From IMG/VR virus record IMGVR_UViG_3300004369_000851, positions 1-54,755 of that record: a stretch of DNA of 54,755 nt, one strand, 5' to 3'. Below, one piece after another: positions 19,310-29,175 of the stretch. Below the pieces are notes generated by a model. The model did no database searches and was not told where the DNA came from. It saw nothing but the letters and a program-made list of their open reading frames with translations. Every line of letters begins with the position of its first letter. Positions within the stretch are counted from its first letter, which is position 1. The translations under genes and the position numbers were made by a program. The stretch is from a virus. Lineage: Duplodnaviria > Caudoviricetes.

Positions 19310-20774
19310 TAAGCAAGCAATTGTAAAAATTGATTCCGATGGCTCATTAATTTCTTGTGCTAAAGGATCAAATACTGCTGATTGTGGTTATGTGCCAGAT
19401 GCTAAGATTTGCGCAAAGTGCGGAGCGTTGGCTGTTCAAGCCAAAGAATATGAGGAATTGGCTATGAACGATGAAGAAATAACAAACGAAGAATTAAATT
19501 CGGAAAAGCAAATGGTAATGCCAAGGCGCAAGCCGATGGTTGCCACGGCTCAAATGTCCGACGAAGAAGAAGAAGACGACGAAGAAAAAATGTACGAGAC
19601 GATGCCAAAAAAGAAAAAGAAGCCGGGTATGCACATGATGCCTGACGGCACCATGATGGCAGACGACGACATGCCAAAAGCTGTGCAAGATATGGAAGAA
19701 GAAGACGAAGAAGAAGACGAAGAAATGATGGACGCACCAGTTACTGCTCTGGCGGAAGATGACGAAGAAGAAGAAGAAGAAACAGAAGAAGAAGAAGAAG
19801 AAACAGTAGATTTAGAAGAAGAAAAAATGATGCGCAAAAAAATGCGTGCGCGTCGACTTGCGTCTTTGGGTTTTAAGGCCGAAGACTTTGAGGAAGATCC
19901 ATTCATCTGTGCATTTGACAGAAAAGTTTATCCTTCTGGCCACGAAGTATGTGCGAGCTGCCCAGGTGGTTGCGTTTCGGAATCAGGTATGCCATCACTC
20001 CTTGAGGTTGAGGGAATGGTTGAGGATGCAATTAGTGGAAAAGTTCTTGACTCTGGATACTCAGAAAGAATTGACACCTTCGTTCTTGACGTTGAAAGAA
20101 AAGACGGCAAAGGTGTAGAAGTCTTTGTTGATGGATCAAGCGGCGAAATTGTCGGCTGGCACAAATTAGAAATGGATGCCGTACAGTTCAAACAAGCCAA
20201 CGAAGGCAGAGTCGTGATCGGATTCACCGACGCAGCCGACATTGCAGTAAAGAGCGTTCAAGGTGAAGTTGTTGCAGTTGAGCCAGATATTTTTGAAGGC
20301 TTTGATGCTTACGCTGTTGAGATTGACGGTATTGACGGAAAATCATACGATGTTTTTGTTGATCTTCAGGGAACGGTGCTTGGGTACGATGAGTACACCC
20401 ACGAAGAAGCTTCAGAAATTGAAGCAGAAGCCGCAGAAATTGCACTTAAGCGCGCATATTCAGATGATGAGAAAGCAGACATGTCCAAAAAGGGCTACGC
20501 AATGAGCGACGGTTCATACCCGATTAAGGATGAGTCTGATCTGAGAAACGCAGTTATGGCTGTTGGTCGCGCAGAAGATCCCGTAGCGGCAAAAATGCAC
20601 TGCATGAAGCGAGCTAAAGAACTTGGTCGCGAGGAACTCATTCCGCAAAGCTGGGCAATGGAAAAATCTGCTGAGACAACTCTGGATGCCGAAGAGGGGA
20701 ATTTCCTTTCGTCTCTTATGGAATTTGAAATACTTTCAGCCGACCTTGACGGGGACAGCGGTAAAACAAATTAA
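19299..20774 (+). CDS. Acidic head-associated protein with Cys clusters, two PepSY-like domains and a DUF6582-like C-terminus
   Basis: Poly-Glu tracts; DAADIAVKSVQGEVVAVE...YAVEI...YDVFVD...GTVL; GSYPIKDESDLRNAV...RAKELG...IPQSW. Confidence 0.65.
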   Translation: MANDKQAIVKIDSDGSLISCAKGSNTADCGYVPDAKICAKCGALAVQAKEYEELAMNDEEITNEELNSEKQMVMPRRKPMVATAQMSDEEEEDDEEKMYETMPKKKKKPGMHMMPDGTMMADDDMPKAVQDMEEEDEEEDEEMMDAPVTALAEDDEEEEEETEEEEEETVDLEEEKMMRKKMRARRLASLGFKAEDFEEDPFICAFDRKVYPSGHEVCASCPGGCVSESGMPSLLEVEGMVEDAISGKVLDSGYSERIDTFVLDVERKDGKGVEVFVDGSSGEIVGWHKLEMDAVQFKQANEGRVVIGFTDAADIAVKSVQGEVVAVEPDIFEGFDAYAVEIDGIDGKSYDVFVDLQGTVLGYDEYTHEEASEIEAEAAEIALKRAYSDDEKADMSKKGYAMSDGSYPIKDESDLRNAVMAVGRAEDPVAAKMHCMKRAKELGREELIPQSWAMEKSAETTLDAEEGNFLSSLMEFEILSADLDGDSGKTN

Positions 20775-20827
20775 TTAAAGCACGCACCCAAAGTGCGTTA
20801 CTTCATTCTGGTTGTCTTGTGAGATGA

Positions 20828-23800
20828 TTGAATATGGAGGTCGCCACAGAGAGCCATATGGAAAATACAGAACCATTTGAATGCTGCCCATCTATCGGGC
20901 GTAGGGTGTCACGAACTGTCCCAATCAATAACAGGGAACCCGCAACGGCCAAAATCAAGTCTGCCAACCCCGTTGATAGGATTTTTGAAAAACTTTCTTC
21001 AAAACCCTTAAAGCCATTATTGCCATTCGGGGAAATGTTATTCAAAGCCGACAAGGATGAAACCCAAAAACCAAATCGGGAAAAAGCAACAGTTCCAGAA
21101 GATAGTGTTAAGCCCTATAAGCAGTGGTTGGAAAATTGGGAACCTGGCGATCCACTCCCTTTGATTCCACCAGGCTTCAGGGCAAATTTGTGTTCCAATC
21201 TTGGTGGCAAACTTTTAACAAGTTCTGAACGCAAAGAACGCCCATTGTTTGCGCCAATGAATGAATCCGAAATTGCCGCTTACGGTGAAAAAAGTCTTGG
21301 CTCTAGTCTCAAGGACACCGTCTACACACTTCGAGCAATGGTTGCAAAATCAAGAGGGTTATGGGTTGACTCTAAAAACAAATTGCGATGTTCTTTTGGT
21401 CCAAATGCCAACCAATACACCGACGAGTTTGGTACCAATTGTTTGGTGCCAGTCAAAATAAATGCACCTGAAGCCGTATCGTCTGGAGCAAGACTGGGAC
21501 GTCGAACCGCCACAGCAGGAGTTGTTGGCGCAATGGATGCCGGAGCAAGAGATTATCCAGACGGCTATGGCTTGGGGGGCATTGCTGGTGATAGGGAGTT
21601 TAGAACACGAGGTCGCGACAACGTGGCGATGGGTGAAGAACAACGTCGTCAGTTTAGGGACGGACTTTTTACCCTTCCAAGCGGTAAGCAAATTACCCAC
21701 TACAGAAGAAATGGGTTTTGGGGAAGCACTATCGGGGATGAAGGTCGTAGAAACTTTTTAGATTCGGTTCAAGAACTTTTTCCAAGCGTAGATCTCAAGT
21801 CAGCAGGCGAGTTTTGGGATGGATTAATTACTGAAGAGTCACCTCTCACTACTTTGCAAAAAGTACAACTTGAAGAAGTGCTTGAAGGATTTTTTCAAAG
21901 CATGTTTCAGGAAGCCAAAGCCAATCCGGAAGAAGCCCGATGGATAACAGCTTTTAAAATTGATATGAGCATAAATTCGGGCGCAGAGGTAAAACTTGAT
22001 GGCGATGCGGTATCTGGTACAAACAAAAAGGGACAACGAATTGCCAACCCCAATGAACCAATAAGTGAATCTGGATTTACGTTTGATATGAGTTTCAATC
22101 CAGTTGAATTGTATTATTTATATCAAGGCGCAAATGTAGATCAAAAACATACAGCCGTTGGAAATATGATACAAAGCACAAGATCGTTTGGTCTATATAC
22201 AGCGGTACACGAATTTGGTCATATAGGTCACTTCTCGCGATCAATGGCAAATATGGGATTTACCGCAGCCACTTTGGGTAGAACAAAAAGTGGTTCATGG
22301 AAGGTTGATCTACGGAACATACAAAACCCAAACAATCTCCCGCAGGTTGCCCGACTACAGGCAATGGCCAACAGACTTGAACAACTTCAGACTAGTTCAC
22401 GGTGGACGGTTTTACCTAGCGGTCAAAGAGTCCGCATTTATGCAAAAGATGTCAAAGAGGCAGTGCAAGAATTTTATGGCGAGCTGTTTGACACCGTCAC
22501 GCAAGACTTGGGCGGAACGGATCAAGACTTTGCGATCCTGCAACGCTTTACTGGCTCAAAATATTCTCGAGAAAATAGATTGGAAACAAGAGCTGAGGCT
22601 TGGGCCGCAGTGAGATTGTTTGGACCAGAAGCAATAAGTAAATTTGCAGAACAAGAATCCGCATACCAAACCCAAAACCCTAGATTTTTCCCAAATCCAG
22701 AAAGTCCAAGTCAGATCCAAGATCAGGTATATCAGGCGATGGATAACGTGTTCGGCCCCAAAACACGAACACAGCGGCACGAAAGACGAGACGCTTCAGG
22801 GTTTAGCCCGGTAACGGGAACTGCTGGGGCAGTGACAACACCAAGGGGTGTTTCGCGTTTTATGCCCACGAGTTTGCGCTCATCACAACCAAACAACAGA
22901 CCCAATATACCGATGCGCACACCAGGGCAAAACACCCCCGGTGCAAGTGGGCCAATGAGGGGCAACATATCTGGCGTTGTGGGCGCAATGGCGAATCACG
23001 ACAACAATAAAACTATCATAAAATATAGACCAGACTCAAAAGCTGCCGAGGCAAAAACAGCAGAAAATATTGTTGACATGCTTGCGGCGTCAAAAGTCCT
23101 TGACGAACCCATTGATATTAAACGTTTAACCATTGAGCAAAGAAATGCGTTAAGTAAAATTGTAGAGACAGTAGGAACATCAATTGACACGCAGGAGGAC
23201 ATTAGTCCAGACAATTTAAGCCGAATATCTCTTAGACCTAGCGGATCCCAACTTATGGGTATGGTCACAAAAGCTGGTGAAATTTTTGCAAAAACCCAAA
23301 AAGCAGATCCAGATTTTAAATCTCGAAAGCGTTTAAAAAACAAAAAAGACAAAGTTGCTCGATACGAAAAAGCCATAGCGGATCTTGAAGATGTTTTGAA
23401 CAAATTTAAAAAAGGTAAAGACAATACCCGTCTTGCTCAAACTGCAACCAAGTGGTCGTTCGGCTCTTGGGGAAGTGAATACGTCAGCGATATTTCCAAT
23501 TCGACTTCAGAAAAATCATTTCTTGATGCCGTCAAGAGAACACTTGATGTCTACCGCACCAAAACACGGACACTAAAAGGTGATATAGCGTTTGCTCCGA
23601 TCTTGATCCCTGACTCCAGAGAGCGCAGGATTGACACTATGTCCAACAAACGGATTGTTAATGAAATAAAAAACTCTGGTCAAGAACACATCCTTGGAGT
23701 TCTTTCAGGGATGGATCAAGTTAATAAAAGATTTCCTTGGATGAGGGGTTCTTCGGTAATTAGTTTTGGGATACGAGGAAGGGCTCTGGGTCGGAGAGCC

Positions 23801-26800
23801 ACATATGTTCGAGAAGAGCCACGGATTGCAGAAGTGGGTAAATTTAATGGTGGTCAAGCACTTACTGAGGGTTCTGGTACTGGCAAAATACTCCCAACAA
23901 TAGAATTCACGCTTATCGCATCAGAACCAGAATCAGAATCGGATTACGTTTCGGAACCAAACGATCGCGATGTTGGAAAATTTGGATCGACAAGAGTAAG
24001 TTCGGCCAATCTTGCTTACCACGAATCAGGGCACATAGTTGAACAGGTGCTTATGGCAAGGGGATTGGGGTTGCAGGTCGGGCCAAATTCTCCAACAATA
24101 CTTAGGCAACTCAGAGATGTCGGGCCAGAACTTGGCGACACCGTTGCTGGTGCGTTGTTTGCTTTTAGTACAGGGAAAGCCCTTGATGCCAAAATTGATT
24201 CACTTGACTCAGTAGACGAATTGGCTTTGGTGGAGAGTGTGGGTCAAAGAGTATATTTGGATCTGTCACGGGATCGAACTCGCGGCCCTTCAAATTTCAG
24301 AACAAGATTTCTCTCTGGGTTCTGGACTGCAACTGAGACCAAAAACGGTGTCAAGACGGGAGAGTGGACTTATTCGCCATGGCGAAGAGGTTTGATTGAC
24401 CTGGGCGGGGATTCCAAAGATGTACGCGCAGATTTTGCGTCAGCAGAAAAAATATTGAGCGATGCCCTAGGTTGGGATATAGACGAACACCCAATATCAA
24501 ATTTACAAGAATTATTAGTTCAGGCGGAGCAAACATCCCTTTACGCTCAAACCAGTGAATCTGAGGCTTTTGCTGAACTATTTGCCCTAATGATGCAGAT
24601 TGAGCAATACGGACAACTTGATCCCGACGGTCAAAATTCAAAAAAACCACAGCAACTGGCAAAAATGATGGCGGACGCAGTGGATAATTCCGTGTCTCAC
24701 GATAAGCCTGTTGCTTTGTCTCTCAACCAAAAACAAGAATTGCAAAGATTGCAAAAAAAATTAAATTCGCTTGCGGTGCTTGCTGATGGAAGCCGATTTG
24801 ACGATACTGATCTTTCTACGGAAAAGCGTTCTAGTGACAATCCAGCGGTTGACACACGACAGATAAAAATAATTGATTTAGATAACGAATCAATATCTGG
24901 AACGGATGTTAAAATACCGTATGAGTGGGAAAACAGCAATGGCCTAATTGGTCGAATGGCATCGTTCCGAACTTCAGACGAAAAGAATTTCTTATTTGAC
25001 AAAGACGGGAAAGTAATCTCACCCAAGACGGGGAGGCAAGACGGTGGGGTTGTTGGCCGTATGGCTGATCGAGTTGTTTTTGTTGAAAGCACAGAGCTGG
25101 ACAGCCTTAGATTTGCCCCCAGATACGAAACACCAACATTCACAAGGAACGGCATCGTGGGAGTGATGCACGATGAAACAAATCTAAACACAACAACATT
25201 TGCCAAGTTGAGGGAACAGGGTGAAAGTTTTAACTCTGCATTTATTAGGTCTGGAGGAAAATTACAAAAAAAACTAGTTCCCCTATCGTCAAAACCAGAT
25301 ACTGGGTTACACCCAGTCAGCTGGAATGATAAGACTGGCAAATTTGACATAAGTGGCGAAATAACATCAATCACGATGGCGTCAGACTCGCCCCGTGGGG
25401 TTGTTGGCCGCATGGCTGACGAACATGGTTTTTCTGGAGAACTTACTCAAGTGCGAAACGCATTTAAGCGAAACATAAAACCTCCTGAAAGAATTTCAAT
25501 ACCAAGTGAATGGTTTATTCAGGATCCAAAAATAGATGCCGAAAAACGAGCAAGACAGGCATTCCCGGATATACACATGCGCTATGAAGAACAATATGGT
25601 ATGCGTCGGTATGTGCCAGCCACTGGCAAATTAAAAGATGATGCTAGCCCTGTCGATAAAATGCAGGATATGGACCGTGCTAGTTATTTTATGTGGCGCA
25701 AATACTGGATGCCAAGCGTTGCTTCCGCAAAATCCGAACTTGGAAATGTTTTATATTATTGGCGCAACAGTTACTCCCAAAGCAGGGCTCTTGCTCTAGC
25801 TGTTGGTGGCTCTTCAGAAGGTATTGCAGAAACATACAGAGAAGATGCAGATTTTTTTAAAAAGGCTGAAATCTTAAGAAAAGCCCTTGATGTCGCCCCA
25901 CCAATGGGTACAAAAACCTACAGAACGATGCGCCTGACAGATGATGTTGGCCAGTCGGCCAATGTTGGTGATGAATTAAATTTTACTGCGGCATCTGTTG
26001 CTTGGAGCGAAAAAACCGCTATGGCGTACGATCTTGACGAACTCAGTATGAGGGCCAATGTTCCAGACAAAATACTGATGGAATTTCCAGCCGACACCCG
26101 AGGTATTTTACACGACGAAATGGGATTAAAGCAAGAGGGGAAATATTACGCCAAGAATGGGGATCAGGCACCTGTTGAGGGAATTGTTTCGGGAAGATTT
26201 AAGGTATCCAAAATTGAGGAAAGAACTCTCACAAACCCCAGAACGGGCGAGGATGTCAAAAGAAAAGTCCATGTTCTGGAAGCGGTTACTGGACGTATGT
26301 CTAGCCCGCGTCAAATAAAGTCAAATATTGAAGATGCATTTGATAAAGCCGATCTAGACATAGATATTGCCGACGAGCGCATTTATGGCCTTGAAAAAGC
26401 CCTTGCTGACTTTAAGAAATCTGGATTCTGGAATGGTGCTGACTACGGAGTAGTGCTAGGGCTTGGAAATAATATTATTGACGGAGATAGTCGTTTTGAT
26501 TCAGATATTGATCCAGCCAACCTAACCCCGGATCAACTTACAATACGAAAAGTGTCCAGAAACGACATGGTTGAGCGAATTGAAAACAAAATAGAACTTG
26601 CAAAAATCGAAAGTCGTTTAAGAAAACTCATAGCAGAAAAAAAACAAATTCGTGCATCGCAAAACACGCTTGATGTTGAGGATATTCCAGAGGAAATACT
26701 AGAACAACTCCAGCGTGAGCAAGAGGGATTAGAGAAGTTGTATCAGTCCGACCAGAAGGCATTTTGGTCAATAGTCAACCCAGACGATAGTGAGTCTATT

Positions 26801-28135
26801 GCTGCGGTCCATGCAGGCGTCGCTGAGCTGGATGGCGGGGTTCTTAATCCAAACAAGACAATGGGCGGGGGTGGGTCGCCAGGATCTAGCGGTGACACGC
26901 AAGCATTGAACGCTATGCAAATAAGAAAAATCAAAGATGAACTCAAAGATGCTGAGGGTGAAAAGTTTTCTCGTTTATCAAAAATTATAGAAAGACTTAA
27001 TGAAAGTCCAAAAAGCGGATTTTTGTCTGCTTATCGACTTGGGCAAAACGCATCAGCCGGAGACACGAGAGGCTATTTTGCAAGATACTCGGAGGATATG
27101 GTTCCCAAGGAACTTCACAACGATGATATGCGGAAAAGATGGGCGTCCCTAGCGAGGGGTACGCAGTATCTGTTTATCGGAAAGAAAGATCAAGACGTCA
27201 CTAATCTTCTCGGCGCCAGTGATGAAACTCAAATAGTGGGCATTAATCCACCCCTGTTTGGATTGTCAGAAAGAGCAAATAGTTCATCTCGCCAAATAGA
27301 CAAAGTGAATCTGGCAATATTTGCTCGAGCCACAAGACTTCAAAGCCAGAGTGCCGACGTAACACCATCTTCCGTTCTTGATTTTGACGGCGTTGGTGGC
27401 TTGGTTGGCGCAATGGGCACCAAAAAAAATAAAAAGGGTAAACGAGAATTGCTTTACGAAAGACTAACGAACGCTTGGAGGACCAAAGATCCCTCGGACT
27501 GGACCGACCAAGATGTCTACTATGCGAGACTGGCTGGCGTAACAATAAGTGAAATTGCGGAAAGGTTGAATATTCCCCGGTCCGAGGTGAGGCGCAGAAG
27601 AAGAAAATTTGTGAACAAACAAATGAAACTTCGCAATACGAATCAAACATCACTGAGCGTAAACCAGGTTCTTAACGATGATATTTTGGCTCGCTGGGGA
27701 TATGGCAGGGGGATCTTAAACAAACCAGTGGATGACGGATCGGTTCCTCCCGTAGTGGGACAAATGACAACAGGTCCACGCGATTGGCCATCGTATGGTA
27801 ATTTTTATAGCGTTTTAGGTGTTGACAGAAATTCGAGTTCTAGGGATTTAAAAAAGGCATATATAGAAAAAGCAAAAATACTGCACCCCGATACAGACAA
27901 AACAGAGGGGGCAACAGAAAGATTCAAAGAATTACAAGCAGCCTATGAAACCCTTTCTGACGACGTAAATAAAAGAATGTATAACGAATGGCTTGACAGA
28001 CAGGGGGTCGTAGACGAGACACCAGAACGCAGACCAGATCCATCAGACCCAGAAACGACTGAAGGAAATGTTCAGTCAATACTGAATGATATGAGGCGCG
28101 CGCAAGAACGAATGAGACGGAATTCCAGACGATGA
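20828..28135 (+). CDS. Giant polyvalent protein A: two zincin metallopeptidases, ADP-ribosyltransferase, HTH, DnaJ domain
   Basis: HEFGH (22208) with SKYSRENRLETRAE; HESGH (24020) with SLYAQTSESEAFAE; ART-like YRTM / ASVAWS / VEGIV; GVTISEIAERLNI; FYSVLGV...LHPD...FKELQAAYETLSD. Exact start uncertain (20828, 20834 or 20858). Confidence 0.8.
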   Translation: MNMEVATESHMENTEPFECCPSIGRRVSRTVPINNREPATAKIKSANPVDRIFEKLSSKPLKPLLPFGEMLFKADKDETQKPNREKATVPEDSVKPYKQWLENWEPGDPLPLIPPGFRANLCSNLGGKLLTSSERKERPLFAPMNESEIAAYGEKSLGSSLKDTVYTLRAMVAKSRGLWVDSKNKLRCSFGPNANQYTDEFGTNCLVPVKINAPEAVSSGARLGRRTATAGVVGAMDAGARDYPDGYGLGGIAGDREFRTRGRDNVAMGEEQRRQFRDGLFTLPSGKQITHYRRNGFWGSTIGDEGRRNFLDSVQELFPSVDLKSAGEFWDGLITEESPLTTLQKVQLEEVLEGFFQSMFQEAKANPEEARWITAFKIDMSINSGAEVKLDGDAVSGTNKKGQRIANPNEPISESGFTFDMSFNPVELYYLYQGANVDQKHTAVGNMIQSTRSFGLYTAVHEFGHIGHFSRSMANMGFTAATLGRTKSGSWKVDLRNIQNPNNLPQVARLQAMANRLEQLQTSSRWTVLPSGQRVRIYAKDVKEAVQEFYGELFDTVTQDLGGTDQDFAILQRFTGSKYSRENRLETRAEAWAAVRLFGPEAISKFAEQESAYQTQNPRFFPNPESPSQIQDQVYQAMDNVFGPKTRTQRHERRDASGFSPVTGTAGAVTTPRGVSRFMPTSLRSSQPNNRPNIPMRTPGQNTPGASGPMRGNISGVVGAMANHDNNKTIIKYRPDSKAAEAKTAENIVDMLAASKVLDEPIDIKRLTIEQRNALSKIVETVGTSIDTQEDISPDNLSRISLRPSGSQLMGMVTKAGEIFAKTQKADPDFKSRKRLKNKKDKVARYEKAIADLEDVLNKFKKGKDNTRLAQTATKWSFGSWGSEYVSDISNSTSEKSFLDAVKRTLDVYRTKTRTLKGDIAFAPILIPDSRERRIDTMSNKRIVNEIKNSGQEHILGVLSGMDQVNKRFPWMRGSSVISFGIRGRALGRRATYVREEPRIAEVGKFNGGQALTEGSGTGKILPTIEFTLIASEPESESDYVSEPNDRDVGKFGSTRVSSANLAYHESGHIVEQVLMARGLGLQVGPNSPTILRQLRDVGPELGDTVAGALFAFSTGKALDAKIDSLDSVDELALVESVGQRVYLDLSRDRTRGPSNFRTRFLSGFWTATETKNGVKTGEWTYSPWRRGLIDLGGDSKDVRADFASAEKILSDALGWDIDEHPISNLQELLVQAEQTSLYAQTSESEAFAELFALMMQIEQYGQLDPDGQNSKKPQQLAKMMADAVDNSVSHDKPVALSLNQKQELQRLQKKLNSLAVLADGSRFDDTDLSTEKRSSDNPAVDTRQIKIIDLDNESISGTDVKIPYEWENSNGLIGRMASFRTSDEKNFLFDKDGKVISPKTGRQDGGVVGRMADRVVFVESTELDSLRFAPRYETPTFTRNGIVGVMHDETNLNTTTFAKLREQGESFNSAFIRSGGKLQKKLVPLSSKPDTGLHPVSWNDKTGKFDISGEITSITMASDSPRGVVGRMADEHGFSGELTQVRNAFKRNIKPPERISIPSEWFIQDPKIDAEKRARQAFPDIHMRYEEQYGMRRYVPATGKLKDDASPVDKMQDMDRASYFMWRKYWMPSVASAKSELGNVLYYWRNSYSQSRALALAVGGSSEGIAETYREDADFFKKAEILRKALDVAPPMGTKTYRTMRLTDDVGQSANVGDELNFTAASVAWSEKTAMAYDLDELSMRANVPDKILMEFPADTRGILHDEMGLKQEGKYYAKNGDQAPVEGIVSGRFKVSKIEERTLTNPRTGEDVKRKVHVLEAVTGRMSSPRQIKSNIEDAFDKADLDIDIADERIYGLEKALADFKKSGFWNGADYGVVLGLGNNIIDGDSRFDSDIDPANLTPDQLTIRKVSRNDMVERIENKIELAKIESRLRKLIAEKKQIRASQNTLDVEDIPEEILEQLQREQEGLEKLYQSDQKAFWSIVNPDDSESIAAVHAGVAELDGGVLNPNKTMGGGGSPGSSGDTQALNAMQIRKIKDELKDAEGEKFSRLSKIIERLNESPKSGFLSAYRLGQNASAGDTRGYFARYSEDMVPKELHNDDMRKRWASLARGTQYLFIGKKDQDVTNLLGASDETQIVGINPPLFGLSERANSSSRQIDKVNLAIFARATRLQSQSADVTPSSVLDFDGVGGLVGAMGTKKNKKGKRELLYERLTNAWRTKDPSDWTDQDVYYARLAGVTISEIAERLNIPRSEVRRRRRKFVNKQMKLRNTNQTSLSVNQVLNDDILARWGYGRGILNKPVDDGSVPPVVGQMTTGPRDWPSYGNFYSVLGVDRNSSSRDLKKAYIEKAKILHPDTDKTEGATERFKELQAAYETLSDDVNKRMYNEWLDRQGVVDETPERRPDPSDPETTEGNVQSILNDMRRAQERMRRNSRR

Positions 28136-28437
28136 TGGTGATTGATCCGATTAGGTTGCGGATAAATCAACTCAGAAAAGAAGGACTAATTATGGAACGC
28201 ATATTTTTTGACGATAATGAATTACAGGTTTTTGGCCCAAAGGGTGACCTGTGGCTTGAGATAGAGGACCCTGAACAATTTAGTTCAAAAGACCTCAAAA
28301 TGTTATGCAAATACGAGCCAACAAAAGAAGAAAAACCATTAAGAATTACAATAGAAAACGCCTCCGTATGGAAAGAAAAACTTATGAAAATTCGCAATTC
28401 GCATAAGGCAAAACAATGGAGCGAGTGGAGTCTTTAA
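28132..28437 (+). CDS. Hypothetical protein
   Basis: 101 aa, ATGA-coupled to the giant ORF. Confidence 0.55.
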   Translation: MMVIDPIRLRINQLRKEGLIMERIFFDDNELQVFGPKGDLWLEIEDPEQFSSKDLKMLCKYEPTKEEKPLRITIENASVWKEKLMKIRNSHKAKQWSEWSL

Positions 28438-28512
28438 TGCCACAAGATGAACTAGTGCTAATATTGTTCAGGGTTGAGCGTGCCTCCCTGTGCCAATTTA
28501 AGAGGCTGATAA

Positions 28513-29175
28513 ATGGTCAATAAAATAAATCAAACATGGAGCATCAAAATAGTTGACTCATCAAACGATGTGTTGCAAGAAAAAGCGGGCGGGCCAGCTG
28601 GGGCAGTGATCCCACAGGAACGTATAACCGGAGATGTTCTACGTGGAAGAGGGCCTAGGAGGGGCAATCTTGAGCGCTTGCTTAGATACTGGCGACCAAT
28701 TATGAAAAAACCTGGTGGTTTTAGTAGGTGTCGCGTCATCCTCGCAAATCACCCAGAGCTTTATCCGCTTGAAAGAATTTGCGCATGGCTTCATCACGAG
28801 ACCACTGGTTTGTGGCCGAATGAAGGATGCCATCATCCAAACATGAAAAACTGTAAAAAGAAAATGCGCGGCGCCGTTAGTGGTTCGATCTGGAATGACA
28901 GTGAATTCAATGCTAGGTTGGCAAAACTTCGTTCTCGTGGCGGAAGAAAAATGCTTCAATCAAGTGGCATCAAGTCTTACGACGAACCGTTTGAACCAGT
29001 AATTACACAGGACGATTTGTCTCACGGAATTAAAGTTTTGCGAGACTTTATTGAAATGGAACCAGAATTTATTAAATATTTGAATAATGACGAAAATTGG
29101 GAACACGAGCACGGCCACATAATTGAAAACGGCCAGAAAGTAAACTATGAAGACAGTCAATTTTTTGGAAGCTGA
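28513..29175 (+). CDS. Hypothetical head-module protein with Cys/His cluster
   Basis: 220 aa with GAGG RBS; LLRYW...GGFSRC...CAWLHHETTGLWP resembles a module seen in actinophage head proteins. Confidence 0.65.
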   Translation: MVNKINQTWSIKIVDSSNDVLQEKAGGPAGAVIPQERITGDVLRGRGPRRGNLERLLRYWRPIMKKPGGFSRCRVILANHPELYPLERICAWLHHETTGLWPNEGCHHPNMKNCKKKMRGAVSGSIWNDSEFNARLAKLRSRGGRKMLQSSGIKSYDEPFEPVITQDDLSHGIKVLRDFIEMEPEFIKYLNNDENWEHEHGHIIENGQKVNYEDSQFFGS

